Origin: Eledone cirrhosa
Lineage: Eukaryota
Direction of reading: 5' to 3'
Assembly (NCBI GenBank): GCA_964016885.1
Contig: OZ024741.1
Span: forward strand, 245,644,001-245,708,000
DNA: 64,000 nucleotides
The notes under the pieces were generated by a model, which was not told the origin of the DNA, made no database searches, and saw only the letters and a list, made by a program, of their open reading frames with translations. A program made the translations under genes and the position numbers. Of the stretch, positions 1 through 14,151 are shown in pieces; the first letter of the stretch is position 1; each line of letters starts with the position of its first letter.

Positions 1-575
1 AAATTATCTCCCCTTGGACGGCTGGAAATTATCTCCCCTTGATTTTTTTTACAAATTATCTCCCCCTGATTTTTTTTTACAAATTATCTCCCCCTGATTT
101 TTTTTACAAATTATCTCCCCCTGATTTTTTTTTACAAATTATCTCCCCCTGATTTTTTTTACAAATTATCTCCCCCTGATTTTTTTTACAAATTATCTCC
201 CCCTGATTTTTTTTTACAAATTATCTCCCCCTGATTTTTTTACAAATTATCTCCCCCTGATTTTTTTTACAAATTATCCGCCTGATTTTTTAAAATATTA
301 TCTCCCCTTGGACGGCTGGAAATTATCTGCCCTTGATTTTCTTTTTACAAATTAACTTCCACTGATTTTTTTTACAAATTATCTCCACCTGATTTTTTTA
401 AAAATTATCTCCCCTTGGAAGGCTGGAAATTATCTCCCCTTGGCTGGAAATTATCTCCCCTTGGACGGCTAGAAATTATCTCTCTTTGGACGGCTGGAAA
501 TTATCACCCCTTGAGTTTTTTACAAATTATCTCCCCCTGATTTTTTTTACAAATCTCCCAGTGATTTTTAAAAAA

Positions 576-674
576 AAATTATCTTCCCTTCGCTGGCTGG
601 AAATTATCTCCCCTTGGACGCTGGAAATTATAGCCCCTTGGAGGGCTGGAAATTATCTTCCCTTGGACGGCTGG
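576..674 (+). repeat. Recurrent 4-monomer type-A cassette (representative copy)
   Basis: TTCGCTGGCTGG / TTGGACGCTGG (24 bp) / AAATTATAGCCCCTTGGAGGGCTGG / AAATTATCTTCCC. It recurs at ~1830, 3290, 5895, 7285, 8845, 10305, 13100, 15135 and onward. Confidence 0.88.
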
Positions 675-1074
675 AAATTATCTCCCCTTGATTTTTTTTA
701 CAAATTATCTCCCCCTGATTTTTTTTTATAAATTATCTCCCCCTGATTTTTTTTTACAACTTATCTGCGCCTGATTTTTTTAAAAAAATTATCTTCCCTT
801 GGACGGCTGGAAATTATCTCCCCTTGGACGGCTGGAAATTATTTCTCCTTGGACGGCTAGAATTTACCTCTCCTTGGACGGCTGAAAATTATCTCCCCTT
901 GGACGGCTGGAAATTATCTCCCCTTGATTTTTTTTACAAATTATCTCCCCCTGATTTTTTTTTACAAATTATCTCCCCCTGATTTTTTTTTACAAATTAT
1001 CTCCCCCTGATTTTTTTTTACAAATTATCTCCCCATGATTTTTTTTACAAATTATCTCCCCCTGATTTTTTTAC

Positions 1075-1298
1075 AAATTATCTCCCCTTGGCTGGCTGGA
1101 AATTATCTCCCCTTGGAGGCTGGAACTTATCTCCCCTTGGACGGCTAGAAATTACCTCTCCTTGGACGGCTGGAAAATATGTCTCCTTGGACGGCTGGAT
1201 ATTATCTCCCCTTGGACGGCTGGAAATTATCTCCCCTTGGACGGCTGGAAATTATCTCCCCTTGGATGGCTAGATATTACCTCCCCTTGGACGGCTGG
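1075..1298 (+). repeat. Recurrent 9-monomer type-A variant cassette (representative copy)
   Basis: Fixed variant order: TTGGCTGGCTGG, TTGGAGGCTGG, AACTTAT..GGCTAG, AAATTACCTCTCC, AAAATATGTCTCC, ATATTATC, consensus, GGATGGCTAG, ATATTACC. The marker AAAATATGTCTCC appears about 34 times: 33 'MSPWTAGYY' ORF starts plus one at ~25835. Confidence 0.9.
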
Positions 1299-1369
1299 AA
1301 ATTATCTCCCCTTGATTTTTTTTACAAATTATCTCCCCCTGATTTTTTTTTACAAATTATCTCCCCGAT

Positions 1370-4300
1370 TTTTTTTTACAAATTATCTACCCCTGATTTT
1401 TTTTTACAAATTATCTCCCCCTGATTTTTTTTACAAATTATCTCCCCCTGATTTTTCTTTTACAAATTATCTCCCCCTGATTTTTTTTACAAATTATCTC
1501 CGCCTGATTTTTTTAAATATTATCTTCCCTTGGCTGGCGGGAAATTATCTCCCCTTGGACGGCTGGAAATTATCTGCCCTTGATTTTCTTTTTACAAATT
1601 ATCTTCCACTGATTTTTTTTACAAATTATCTCCACCTGATTTTTTAAAAAATTATCTCCCCTTGGAAGGCTGGAAATTATCTCCCCTTGGCTGGAAATTA
1701 TCTCCCCTTGGACGGCTAGAAATTATCTCTCTTTGGACGGCTGGAAATTATCACCCCTTGAGTTTTTTACAAATTATCTCCCCCTGATTTTTTTTACAAA
1801 TCTCCCAGTGTTTTTTAAAAAAAATTATCTCCCCTTCGCTGGCTGGAAATTATCTCCCCTTGGACGCTGGAAATTATAGCCCCTTGGAGGGCTGGAAATT
1901 ATCTTCCCTTGGACGGCTGGAAATTATCTCCCCTTGATTTTTTTTACAAATTATCTCCCCCTGATTTTTTTTTACAAATTATCTCCTCCTGATTTTTTTT
2001 TACAACTTATCTGCGCCTGATTTTTTTAAAAAAATTATCTTCCCTTGGACGGCTGGAAATTATCTCCCCCTGATTTTTTTTACAAATTATCTCCACCTGA
2101 TTTTTTTACAAATTATCTCCCCTTGGCTGGCTGGAAATTATCTCCCCTTGGAGGCTGGAACTTATGTCCCCTTGGACGGCTAGAAATTACCTCTCCTTGG
2201 ACGGCTGGAAAATATGTCTCCTTGGACGGCTGGATATTATCTCCCCTTGGACGGCTGGAAATTATCTCCCCTTGGAAGGCTGGAAATTATCTCCCCTTGG
2301 ATGGCTAGATATTACCTCCCCTTGGACGGCTGGAAATTATCTCCCCTTGATTTTTTTACAAATTATCTCCCCCTGATTTTTTTTTACAAATTATCTCCCC
2401 CTGATTTTTTTTTACAAATTATCTCCCCCTGATTTTTGTTTACAAATTATCTCCGCCTGATTTTTTTTAAAAAATTATCTCCCCTTGGACGGCTGGAAAT
2501 TATCTCCCCTTGGACGGCTAGAAATTACCTCTCCTTGGACGGCTGAAAATTATCTCCCCTTGGACGGCTGGAAATTATCTCCCCTTGATTTTTTTACAAA
2601 TTATCTCCGCCTGATTTTTTTTTTTACAAATTATCTCCCCCTGATTTTTTTTTTACAAATTATCTCCCCCTGATTTTTTTTTACAAATTATCTCCCCCTG
2701 ATTTTTTTTACAAATTATCTCCCCCTGATTTTTTTTTACAAATTATCTCCCCCTGATTTTTTTACAAATTATCTCCCCCTGATTTTTTTTACAAATTATC
2801 TCCGCCTGATTTTTTTAAATATTATCTTCCCTTGGCTGGCGGGAAATTATCTCCCCTTGGACGGCTGAAAATTATCTCCCCTTGGACGGCTGGAAATTAT
2901 CTCCCCTTGATTTTTTTTACAAATTATCTCCCCCTGATTTTTTTTTACAAATTATCTCCCCCTGATTTTTTTACAAATTATCTCCCCCTGATTTTTTTTT
3001 ACAAATTATCTCCCCTTGGCTGGCTGGAAATTATCTCCCCTTGGACGGCTAGAAATTACCTCTCCTTGGACGGCTGGAAAATATGTCTCCTTGGACGGCT
3101 GGATATTATCTCCCCTTGGACGGCTGGAAATCATCTCCCCTTGGACGGCTGGAAATTATCTCCCCTTGGACGGATAGATATTACCTCCCCTTGGACGGCT
3201 GGAAATTATCTCCCCTTGATTTTTTTACAAATTATCTCCCCCTGATTTATTTTACAAATCTCCCAATGATTTTTTAAAAAAAATTATCTCCCCTTCGCTG
3301 GCTGGAAATTATCTCCCCTTGGACGCTGGAAATTATAGCCCCTTGGAGGGCTGGAAATTATCTTCCCTTGGACGGCTGGAAATTATCTCCCCTTGATTTT
3401 TTTTACAAATTATCTCCCCCTGATTTTTTTTACAAATTATCTCCCCCTGATTTTTTTTACAAATTATCTCCCCCTGATTTTTTTTTACAAATTATCTGCC
3501 CCTGATTTTTTTTTACAAATTATCTCCCCCTGATTTTTTTTTAAAAATTATCTCCCCCTGATTTTTTTTACAAATTATCTCCCCCTGATTTTTTTACAAA
3601 TTATCTCCCCTTGGCTGGCTGGAAATTATCTCCCCTTGGAGGCTGGAACTTATGTCCCCTTGGACGGCTAGAAATTACCTCTCCTTGGACGGCTGGAAAA
3701 TATGTCTCCTTGGACGGCTGGATATTATCTCCCCTTGGACGGCTGGAAATTATCTCCCCTTGGACGGCTGGAAATTATCTCCCCTTGGATGGCTAGATAT
3801 TACCTCCCCTTAGACGGATGGAAATTATCTCCCCTTGATTTTTTTTACAAATTATCTCCCCCTGATTTTTTTTTACAAATTATCTCCCCCTGATTTTTTT
3901 TTACAAATTTTCTCCCCCTGATTTTTGTTTACAAATTATCTCCGCCTGATTTTTTTTAAAAAATTATCTCCCCTTGGACGGCTGGAAATTATCTCCCCTT
4001 GGACGGCTAGAAATTACCTCTCCTTGGACGGCTGAAAATTATCTCCCCTTGGACGGCTGGAAATTATCTCCCCTTGATTTTTTTACAAATAATCTCCCCC
4101 TGATTTTTTTTTACAAATTATCTCCCCCTGATTTTTTTTTTACAAATTATCTCCCCCTGATTTTTTTTTACAAATTATCTACCCCTGATTTTTTTTACAA
4201 ATTAACTCCCCCTGATTTTTTTTACAAATTATCTCCCCCTGATTTTTTTACAAATTATCTCCCCCTGATTTTTTTTACAAATTATCTCCGCCTGATTTTT

Positions 4301-5900
4301 TTAAATATTATCTTCCCTTGGCTGGCGGGAAATTATCTCCCCTTGGACGGCTGAAAATTATCTCCCCTTGGACGGCTGGAAATTATCTCCCCTTGATTTT
4401 TTTTACAAATTATCTCCCCCTGATTTTTTTTTACAAATTATCTCCCCCTGATTTTTTTACAAATTATCTCCCCCTGATTTTTTTTTACAAATTATCTCCC
4501 CCTGATTTTTTTTACAAATTATCTCCCTCTGATTTTTTTACAAATTATCTCCCCCTGATTTTTTTTTTACAAATTATCTCCCCCTGATTTTTTTTTACAA
4601 ATTATCTCCCCCTGATTTTTTTTTACAAATTATCTCCCCCTGATTTTTTTTACAAATTATCTCCCCCCTGATTTTTTTACAAATTATCTCCCCTTGGCTG
4701 GCTGGAAATTATCTCCCCTTGGAGGCTGGAACTTATCTCCCCTTGGACGGCTAGAAATTACCTCTCCTTGGACGGCTGGAAAATATGTCTCCTTGGACGG
4801 CTGGATATTATCTCCCCTTGGACGGCTGGAAATTATCTCCCCTTGGACGGCTGGAAATTATCTCCCATTGGATGGCTAGATATTACCTCCCCTTGGACGG
4901 CTGGAAATTATCTCCCCTTGATCTTTTTACAAATTATCTCCCCCTGATTTTTTTTTTACAAATTATCTCCCCCTGATTTTTTTTTACAAATTATCTACCC
5001 CTGATTTTTTTTTACAAATTATCTCCCCCTGATTTTTTTTACAAATTATCTCCCCCTGATTTTTTTTTTACAAATTATCTCCCCCTGATTTTTTTACAAA
5101 TTATCTCCCACTGATTTTTTTTACAAATTATCTCCGCCTGATTTTTTAAATATTATCTCTCCTTGGCTGGCGGGAAATTATCTCCCCTTGGACGGCTGGA
5201 AATTATCTCCCCTTGGAAGGATGGAAATTATCTCCCCTTGGACGGCTGGAAATTATCTACCCCTGATTTTTTTTACAAATTATCTCCCCCTGATTTTTTT
5301 TACAAATTATCTCCCCCTGATTTTTTTTACAAATTATCTACCCCTGATTTTTTTTACAAATTATCTCCCCCTGATTTTTTTTACAAATTATCTCCCCATG
5401 ATTTTTCTTTTACAAATTATCTCCCCCTGATTTTTTTACAAATTATCTCCCCCTGATTTTTTTTACAAATTATCTCCGCCTGATTTTTTTAAATATTATC
5501 CTCCCTTGGCTGGCGGGAAATTATCTCCCCTTGGACGGCTGAAAATTATCTCCCCTTGGACGGCTGGAAATTATCTCCCCTTGATTTTTTTTACAAATTA
5601 TCTCCCCCTGATTTTTTTTTACAAATTATCTCCCCCTGATTTTTTTTACAAATTATCTCCCCCTGATTTTTTTTTACAAATTATCTCCCACTGATTTTTT
5701 TACAAATTATCTCCCCCTGATTTTTTTACAAATTATCTCCGCCTGATTTTTTAAAATATTATCTTCCCTTGGCTGGCGGGAAATTATCTCCCCTTGGACG
5801 GCTGGAAATTATCTGCCCTTGATTTTCTTTTTACAAATTATCTTCCACTGATTTTTTTTACAAATTATCTCCACCTGATTTTTTTAAAAATTATCTCCCC
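1370..5900 (+). repeat. ~4.5 kb segment, copy 1 of a ~7.02 kb-offset duplication
   Basis: ORF pairs 2045/9064, 2485/9504, 2832/9851 and 3083/10102 have offset 7019. Pairs 4318/11348 and 4694/11724 have offset 7030, and 5506/12538 has 7032. Shared rare variants include AAATCATCTCC and CCCATTGGATGG. Confidence 0.85.
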
Positions 5901-8389
5901 TTCGCTGGCTGGAAATTATCTCCCCTTGGACGCTGGAAATTATAGCCCCTTGGAGGGCTGGAAATTATCTTCCCTTGGACGGCTGGAAATTATCTCCCCT
6001 TGATTTTTTTTACAAATTATCTCCCCCTGATTTTTTTTTACAAATTATCTACCCCTGATTTTTTTTTACAACTTATCTGCGCCTGATTTTTTTAAAAAAA
6101 TTATCTTCCCTTGGACGGCTGGAAATTATCTCCCCTTGGACGGCTGGAAATTATTTCTCCTTGGACGGCTAGAATTTACCTCTCCTTGGACGGCTGAAAA
6201 TTATCTCCCCTTGGACGGCTGGAAATTATCTCCCCTTGATTTTTTTTACAAATTATCTCCCCCTGATTTTTTTTTACAAATTATCTCCCCCTGATTTTTT
6301 TTTACAAATTATCTCCCCCTGATTTTTTTTTACAAATTATCTCCCCATGATTTTTTTTACAAATTATCTCCCCCTGATTTTTTTACAAATTATCTCCCCT
6401 TGGCTGGCTGGAAATTATCTCCCCTTGGAGGCTGGAACTTATGTCCCCTTGGACGGCTAGAAATTACCTCTCCTTGGACGGCTGGAAAATATGTCTCCTT
6501 GGACGGCTGGATATTATCTCCCCTTGGACGGCTGGAAATTATCTCCCCTTGGACGGCTGGAAATTATCTCCCCTTGGATGGCTAGATATTACCTCCCCTT
6601 GGGCGGCTGGAAATTATCTCCCCTTGATTTTTTTTACAAATTATCTCCCCCTGATTTTTTTTTACAAATTATCTCCCCGATTTTTTTTTACAAATTATCT
6701 ACCCCTGATTTTTTTTTACAAATTATCTCCCCTTGGAAGGCTGGAAATTATCTCCCCTTCGCTGGCTGGAAATTATCTCCCCTTGGACGCTGGAAATTAT
6801 AGCCCCTTGGACGGCTAGAAATTATCTCTCTTTGGACGGCTGGAAATTATCACCCCTTCAGTTTTTTACAAATTATCTCCCCCTGATTTTTTTTACAAAT
6901 TATCTCCCCCTGATTTTCTTTTACAAATTATCTCCCCCTGATTTTTTTTACAAATTATCTCCCCCTGATTTTTTTACAAATTATCTCCCCTTGGCTGGCT
7001 GGAAATTACCTCCCCTTGTAGGCTGGAATTTATCTCCTCTTGGACGGCTAGAAATTACCTCTCCTTGGACGGCTGGAAAATATGTCTCCTTGGACGGCTG
7101 GATATTATCTCCCCTTGGACGGCTGGAAATTATCTCCCCTTGGACGGCTGGAAATTATCTCCCCTTGGACGGATAGATATTACCTCCCCTTGGACGGCTG
7201 GAAATTATCTCCCCTTGATTTTTTTTTACAATTATCTCCCCCTGATTTTTTTTACAAATCTCCCAATGATTTTTAAAAAAAAATTATCTCCCCTTCGCTG
7301 GCTGGAAATTATTTCCCCTTGGACGCTGGAAATTATAGCCCCTTGGAGGGCTGGAAATTATCTTCCCTTGGACGGCTGGAAATTATCTCCCCTTGATTTT
7401 TTTTACAAATTATCTCCCCCTGATTTTTTTTTACAAATTATCTCCCCCTGATTTTTTTTTTACAAATTATCTCCGCCTGATTTTTTTTTAAAAATTACCT
7501 GCCCTTGGAGGGCTGGAAATTATCTCCCCTTGGACGGCTGGAAATTATCTCCCCTTGGACGGCTAGAAATTATCTCTCCTTGGACGGCTGAAAATTATCT
7601 CCCCTTGGACGGCTGCAAATTATCTCCCCTTGATTTTTTTTACAAATTATCTCCCCCTGATTTTTTTTACAAATTATCTCCCCCTGATTTTTTTTACAAA
7701 TTATCTACCCCTGATTTTTTTTACAAATTATCTCCCCCTGATTTTTTTTTACAAATTATCTCCCCCTGATTTTTTTTTACAAATTATCTCCCCCTGATTT
7801 TTTTTTTACAAATTATCTCCCCCTGATTTTTTTACAAAGTATCTCCCCCTGATTTTTTTACAATCTCCGCCTGATTTTTTTAAAAATTATCTTCCCTTGG
7901 CTGGCGGGAAATTATCTCCCCTTGGACGGCTGGAAATTATCTCCCCTTGGAAGGATGGAAATTATCTCCCCTTGGACGGCTGGAAATTATCTCCCCTTGC
8001 ACGGCTGGAAATTATCTCCCCTTGGACGGCTAGAAATTATCTCTCTTTGGACGGCTGGAAATTATCTCCCTTTGATTTTTTTTACAAATTATCTCCCTCT
8101 GATTTTTTCTACAAATCTCCCCCTGATTTTTTTAAAAAAATTATCTCCCCTTCGCTGGCTGGAAATTATCTCCCCTTGGACACTGGAAATTATAGCCCCT
8201 TGGAGGGCTGGAAATTATCTTCCCTTGGACGGCTGGAAATTATCTACCCCTGATTTTTTTTACAAATTATCTCCACCTTATTTTTTTAAAAAATTATCTC
8301 TCCTTGGACGGCTGGAAATTATCTCCCCTTGATTTTTTTTACAAATAATCTCCCCCTGATTTGTTTTTACAAATTATCTCCCCCTGATT

Positions 8390-11300
8390 TTTTTTTACAA
8401 ATTATCTACCCCTGATTTTTTTTTACAAATTATCTCCCCCTGATTTTTTTTACAAATTATCTCCCCCTGATTTTTCTTTTACAAATTATCTCCCCCTGAT
8501 TTTTTTTACAAATTATCTCCGCCTGATTTTTTTAAATATTATCTTCCCTTGGCTGGCGGGAAATTATCTCCCCTTGGACGGCTGGAAATTATCTGCCCTT
8601 GATTTTCTTTTTACAAATTATCTTCCACTGATTTTTTTTACAAATTATCTCCACCTGATTTTTTAAAAAATTATCTCCCCTTGGAAGGCTGGAAATTATC
8701 TCCCCTTGGCTGGAAATTATCTCCCCTTGGACGGCTAGAAATTATCTCTCTTTGTACGGCTGGAAATTATCACCCCTTGAGTTTTTTACAAATTATCTCC
8801 CCCTGATTTTTTTTACAAATCTCCCAGTGTTTTTTAAAAAAAATTATCTCCCCTTCGCTGGCTGGAAATTATCTCCCCTTGGACGCTGGAAATTATAGCC
8901 CCTTGGAGGGCTGGAAATTATCTTCCCTTGGACGGCTGGAAATTATCTCCCCTTGATTTTTTTTACAAATTATCTCCCCCTGATTTTTTTTTACAAATTA
9001 TCTCCTCCTGATTTTTTTTTACAACTTATCTGCGCCTGATTTTTTTAAAAAAATTATCTTCCCTTGGACGGCTGGAAATTATCTCCCCCTGATTTTTTTT
9101 ACAAATTATCTCCACCTGATTTTTTTACAAATTATCTCCCCTTGGCTGGCTGGAAATTATCTCCCCTTGGAGGCTGGAACTTATGTCCCCTTGGACGGCT
9201 AGAAATTACCTCTCCTTGGACGGCTGGAAAATATGTCTCCTTGGACGGCTGGATATTATCTCCCCTTGGACGGCTGGAAATTATCTCCCCTTGGAAGGCT
9301 GGAAATTATCTCCCCTTGGATGGCTAGATATTACCTCCCCTTGGACGGCTGGAAATTATCTCCCCTTGATTTTTTTACAAATTATCTCCCCCTGATTTTT
9401 TTTTACAAATTATCTCCCCCTGATTTTTTTTTACAAATTATCTCCCCCTGATTTTTGTTTACAAATTATCTCCGCCTGATTTTTTTTAAAAAATTATCTC
9501 CCCTTGGACGGCTGGAAATTATCTCCCCTTGGACGGCTAGAAATTACCTCTCCTTGGACGGCTGAAAATTATCTCCCCTTGGACGGCTGGAAATTATCTC
9601 CCCTTGATTTTTTTACAAATTATCTCCGCCTGATTTTTTTTTTTACAAATTATCTCCCCCTGATTTTTTTTTTACAAATTATCTCCCCCTGATTTTTTTT
9701 TACAAATTATCTCCCCCTGATTTTTTTTACAAATTATCTCCCCCTGATTTTTTTTTACAAATTATCTCCCCCTGATTTTTTTACAAATTATCTCCCCCTG
9801 ATTTTTTTTACAAATTATCTCCGCCTGATTTTTTTAAATATTATCTTCCCTTGGCTGGCGGGAAATTATCTCCCCTTGGACGGCTGAAAATTATCTCCCC
9901 TTGGACGGCTGGAAATTATCTCCCCTTGATTTTTTTTACAAATTATCTCCCCCTGATTTTTTTTTACAAATTATCTCCCCCTGATTTTTTTACAAATTAT
10001 CTCCCCCTGATTTTTTTTTACAAATTATCTCCCCTTGGCTGGCTGGAAATTATCTCCCCTTGGACGGCTAGAAATTACCTCTCCTTGGACGGCTGGAAAA
10101 TATGTCTCCTTGGACGGCTGGATATTATCTCCCCTTGGACGGCTGGAAATCATCTCCCCTTGGACGGCTGGAAATTATCTCCCCTTGGACGGATAGATAT
10201 TACCTCCCCTTGGACGGCTGGAAATTATCTCCCCTTGATTTTTTTACAAATTATCTCCCCCTGATTTATTTTACAAATCTCCCAATGATTTTTTAAAAAA
10301 AATTATCTCCCCTTCGCTGGCTGGAAATTATCTCCCCTTGGACGCTGGAAATTATAGCCCCTTGGAGGGCTGGAAATTATCTTCCCTTGGACGGCTGGAA
10401 ATTATCTCCCCTTGATTTTTTTTACAAATTATCTCCCCCTGATTTTTTTTACAAATTATCTCCCCCTGATTTTTTTTACAAATTATCTACCCCTGATTTT
10501 TTTTACAAATTATTTCCCCCTGATTTTTTTTACAAATTATCTCCCCCTGATTTTTTTTTACAAATTATCTCCCCCTGATTTTTTTACAAATTATCTCCGC
10601 CTGACTTTTTAAAAAATTATCTTCCCTTGGCTGGCTGGAAATTATCTCCCCTTGGACACTGGAAATTATAGCCCCTTGGAGGGCTGGAAATTATCTTCCC
10701 TTGGACGGCTGGAAATTATCTCCCCTTGATTTTTTTTACAAATTATCTCCGCCTGATTTTTTTTTACAAATTATCTCCCCCTGATTTTTTTTTACAAATT
10801 ATCTACCCCTGATTTTTTTTTACAAATTATCTCCCCCTGATTTTTTTTACAAATTATCTCCCCCTGATTTTTTTTTACAAATTATCTCCCCCTGATTTTT
10901 TTTTACAAATTTTCTCCCCCTGATTTTTGTTTACAAATTATCTCCGCCTGATTTTTTTAAAAAAATTATCTCCCCTTGGACGGCTGGAAATTATCTCCCC
11001 TTGGACGGCTAGAAATTACCTCTCCTTGGACGGCTGAAAATTATCTCCCCTTGGACGGCTGGAAATTATCTCCCCTTGATTTTTTTACAAATAATCTCCC
11101 CCTGATTTTTTTTTACAAATTATCTCCCACTGATTTTTTTTTTACAAATTATCTCCCCCTGATTTTTTTTTACAAATTATCTACCCCTGATTTTTTTTAC
11201 AAATTATCTCCCCCTGATTTTTTTTACAAATTATCTCCCCCTGATTTTTTTTTACAAATTATCTCCCCCTGATTTTTTTACAAATTATCTCCCCCTGATT

Positions 11301-12930
11301 TTTTTTACAAATTATCTCCGCCTGATTTTTTTAAATATTATCTTCCCTTGGCTGGCGGGAAATTATCTCCCCTTGGACGGCTGAAAATTATCTCCCCTTG
11401 GACGGCTGGAAATTATCTCCCCTTGATTTTTTTTACAAATTATCTCCCCCTGATTTTTTTTTACAAATTATCTCCCCCTGATATTTTTACAAATTATCTC
11501 CCCCTGATTTTTTTTTACAAATTATCTCCCCCTGATTTTTTTTACAAATTATCTCCCTCTGATTTTTTTACAAATTATCTCCCCCTGATTTTTTTTTTAC
11601 AAATTATCTCCCCCTGATTTTTTTTTACAAATTATCTCCCCCTGATTTTTTTTTACAAATTATCTCCCCCTGATTTTTTTTACAAATTATCTCCCCCCTG
11701 ATTTTTTTACAAATTATCTCCCCTTGGCTGGCTGGAAATTATCTCCCCTTGGAGGCTGGAACTTATCTCCCCTTGGTCGGCTAGAAATTACCTCTCCTTG
11801 GACGGCTGGAAAATATGTCTCCTTGGACGGCTGGATATTATCTCCCCTTGGACGGCTGGAAATTATCTCCCCTTGGACGGCTGGAAATTATCTCCCATTG
11901 GATGGCTAGATATTACCTCCCCTTGGACGGCTGGAAATTATCTCCCCTTGATCTTTTTACAAATTATGTCCCCCTGATTTTTTTTTTACAAATTATCTCC
12001 CCCTGATTTTTTTTTACAAATTATCTACCCCTGATTTTTTTTTACAAATTATCTCCCCCTGATTTTTTTTACAAATTATCTCCCCCTGATTTTTTTTTTA
12101 CAAATTATCTCCCCCTGATTTTTTTACAAATTATCTCCCACTGATTTTTTTTACAAATTATCTCCGCCTGATTTTTTTAAATATTATCTCTCCTTGGCTG
12201 GCGGGAAATTATCTCCCCTTGGACGGCTGGAAATTATCTCCCCTTGGAAGGATGGAAATTATCTCCCCTTGGACGGCTGGAAATTATCTACCCCTGATTT
12301 TTTTTACAAATTATCTCCCCCTGATTTTTTTTTACAAATTATCCCCCCCTGATTTTTTTTACAAATTATCTACCCCTGATTTTTTTTACAAATTATCTCC
12401 CCCTGATTTTTTTTACAAATTATCTCCCCATGATTTTTCTTTTACAAATTATCTCCCCCTGATTTTTTTACAAATTATCTCCCCCTGATTTTTTTTACAA
12501 ATTATCTCCGCCTGATTTTTTAAAATATTATCTTCCCTTGGCTGGCGGGAAATTATCTCCCCTTGGACGGCTGAAAATTATCTCCCCTTGGACGGCTGGA
12601 AATTATCTCCCCTTGATTTTTTTTACAAATTATCTCCCCCTGATTTTTTTTTACAAATTATCTCCCCCTGATTTTTTTTACAAATTATCTCCCCCTGATT
12701 TTTTTTTACAAATTATCTCCCCCTGATTTTTTTACAAATTATCTCCCCCTGATTTTTTTTACAAATTATCTCCGCCTGATTTTTTAAAATATTATCTTCC
12801 CTTGGCTGGCGGGAAATTATCTCCCCTTGGACGGCTGGAAATTATCTGCCCTTGATTTTCTTTTTACAAATTATCTTCCACTGATTTTTTTTACAAATTA
12901 TCTCCACCTGATTTTTTTAAAAATTATCTC
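8390..12930 (+). repeat. Copy 2 of the ~7.02 kb-offset duplication
   Basis: Same ORF offsets as copy 1. It differs from copy 1 over ~10480-10860. Confidence 0.85.
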
Positions 12931-13694
12931 CCCTTGGAAGGCTGGAAATTATCTCCCCTTGGCTGGAAATTATCTCCCCTTGGACGGCTAGAAATTATCT
13001 CTCTTTGGACGGCTGGAAATTATCACCCCTTGAGTTTTTTACAAATTATCTCCCCCTGATTTTTTTTACAAATCTCCCAGTGATTTTTAAAAAAAAATTA
13101 TCTCCCCTTCGCTGGCTGGAAATTATCTCCCCTTGGACGCTGGAAATTATAGCCCCTTGGAGGGCTGGAAATTATCTTCCCTTGGACGGCTGGAAATTAT
13201 CTCCCCTTGATTTTTTTTACAAATTATCTCCCCCTGATTTTTTTTTACAAATTATCTACCCCTGATTTTTTTTTACAACTTATCTGCGCCTGATTTTTTT
13301 TAAAAAATTATCTTCCCTTGGACGGCTGGAAATTATCTCCCCTTGGACGGCTGGAAATTATTTCTCCTTGGACGGCTAGAATTTACCTCTCCTTGGACGG
13401 CTGAAAATTATCTCCCCTTGGACGGCTGGAAATTATCTCCCCTTGATTTTTTTTACAAATTATCTCCCCCTGATTTTTTTTTACAAATTATCTCCCCCTG
13501 ATTTTTTTTTACAAATTATCTCCCCCTGATTTTTTTTTACAAATTATCTCCCCATGATTTTTTTTACAAATTATCTCCCCCTGATTTTTTTACAAATTAT
13601 CTCCCCTTGGCTGGCTGGAAATTATCTCCCCTTGGAGGCTGGAACTTATGTCCCCTTGGACGGCTAGAAATTACCTCTCCTTGGACGGCTGGAA

Positions 13695-14030
13695 ATTATC
13701 TGCCCTTGATTTTGTTTTTACAAATTATCTCCCCCTGATTTTTTTAAAAATTATCTCCTGATTTTTGAAAAAATTATCTCCCCTTCGACGGCTGGAAATT
13801 ATCTCCCGTTTGCTGGAAATTATCTTCCCTTGGACGGCTGGAAATTATCTCCCCTTGGACGGCTGGAAATTATCTGCCCTTGATTTTGTTTTTACAAATT
13901 ATCTCCCCCTGATTTTTTCAAAAATTATCTCCTGATTTTTGAAAAAATTATCTCCCCTTCGACGGCTGGAAATTATCTCCCGTTTGCTGGAAATTATCTT
14001 CCCTTGGACGGCTGGAAATTATCTCCCCTT
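13695..14030 (+). repeat. Local 174-bp tandem duplication of diverged monomers
   Basis: TGCCCTTGATTTTGTTTTTAC at 13701 and 13875; TTCGACGG at 13784 and 13958; CCCGTTTGCTGG twice. Confidence 0.88.
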
Positions 14031-14151
14031 GATTTTTGTTACATATTATCTCCCCCTGATTTTTTTTTACAAATTATCTCCCCGATTTTTTTCTACAAAT
14101 TATCTCCCCCTGATTTTTTTGTTACAAATTATCTCCGCCTGATTTTTTTAA

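Noticed and set aside
30-300. Rho-independent terminators or Pol III genes suggested by T-runs
   Set aside because: No GC-rich hairpin precedes the T-tracts, and there are no A/B boxes or tRNA folds.
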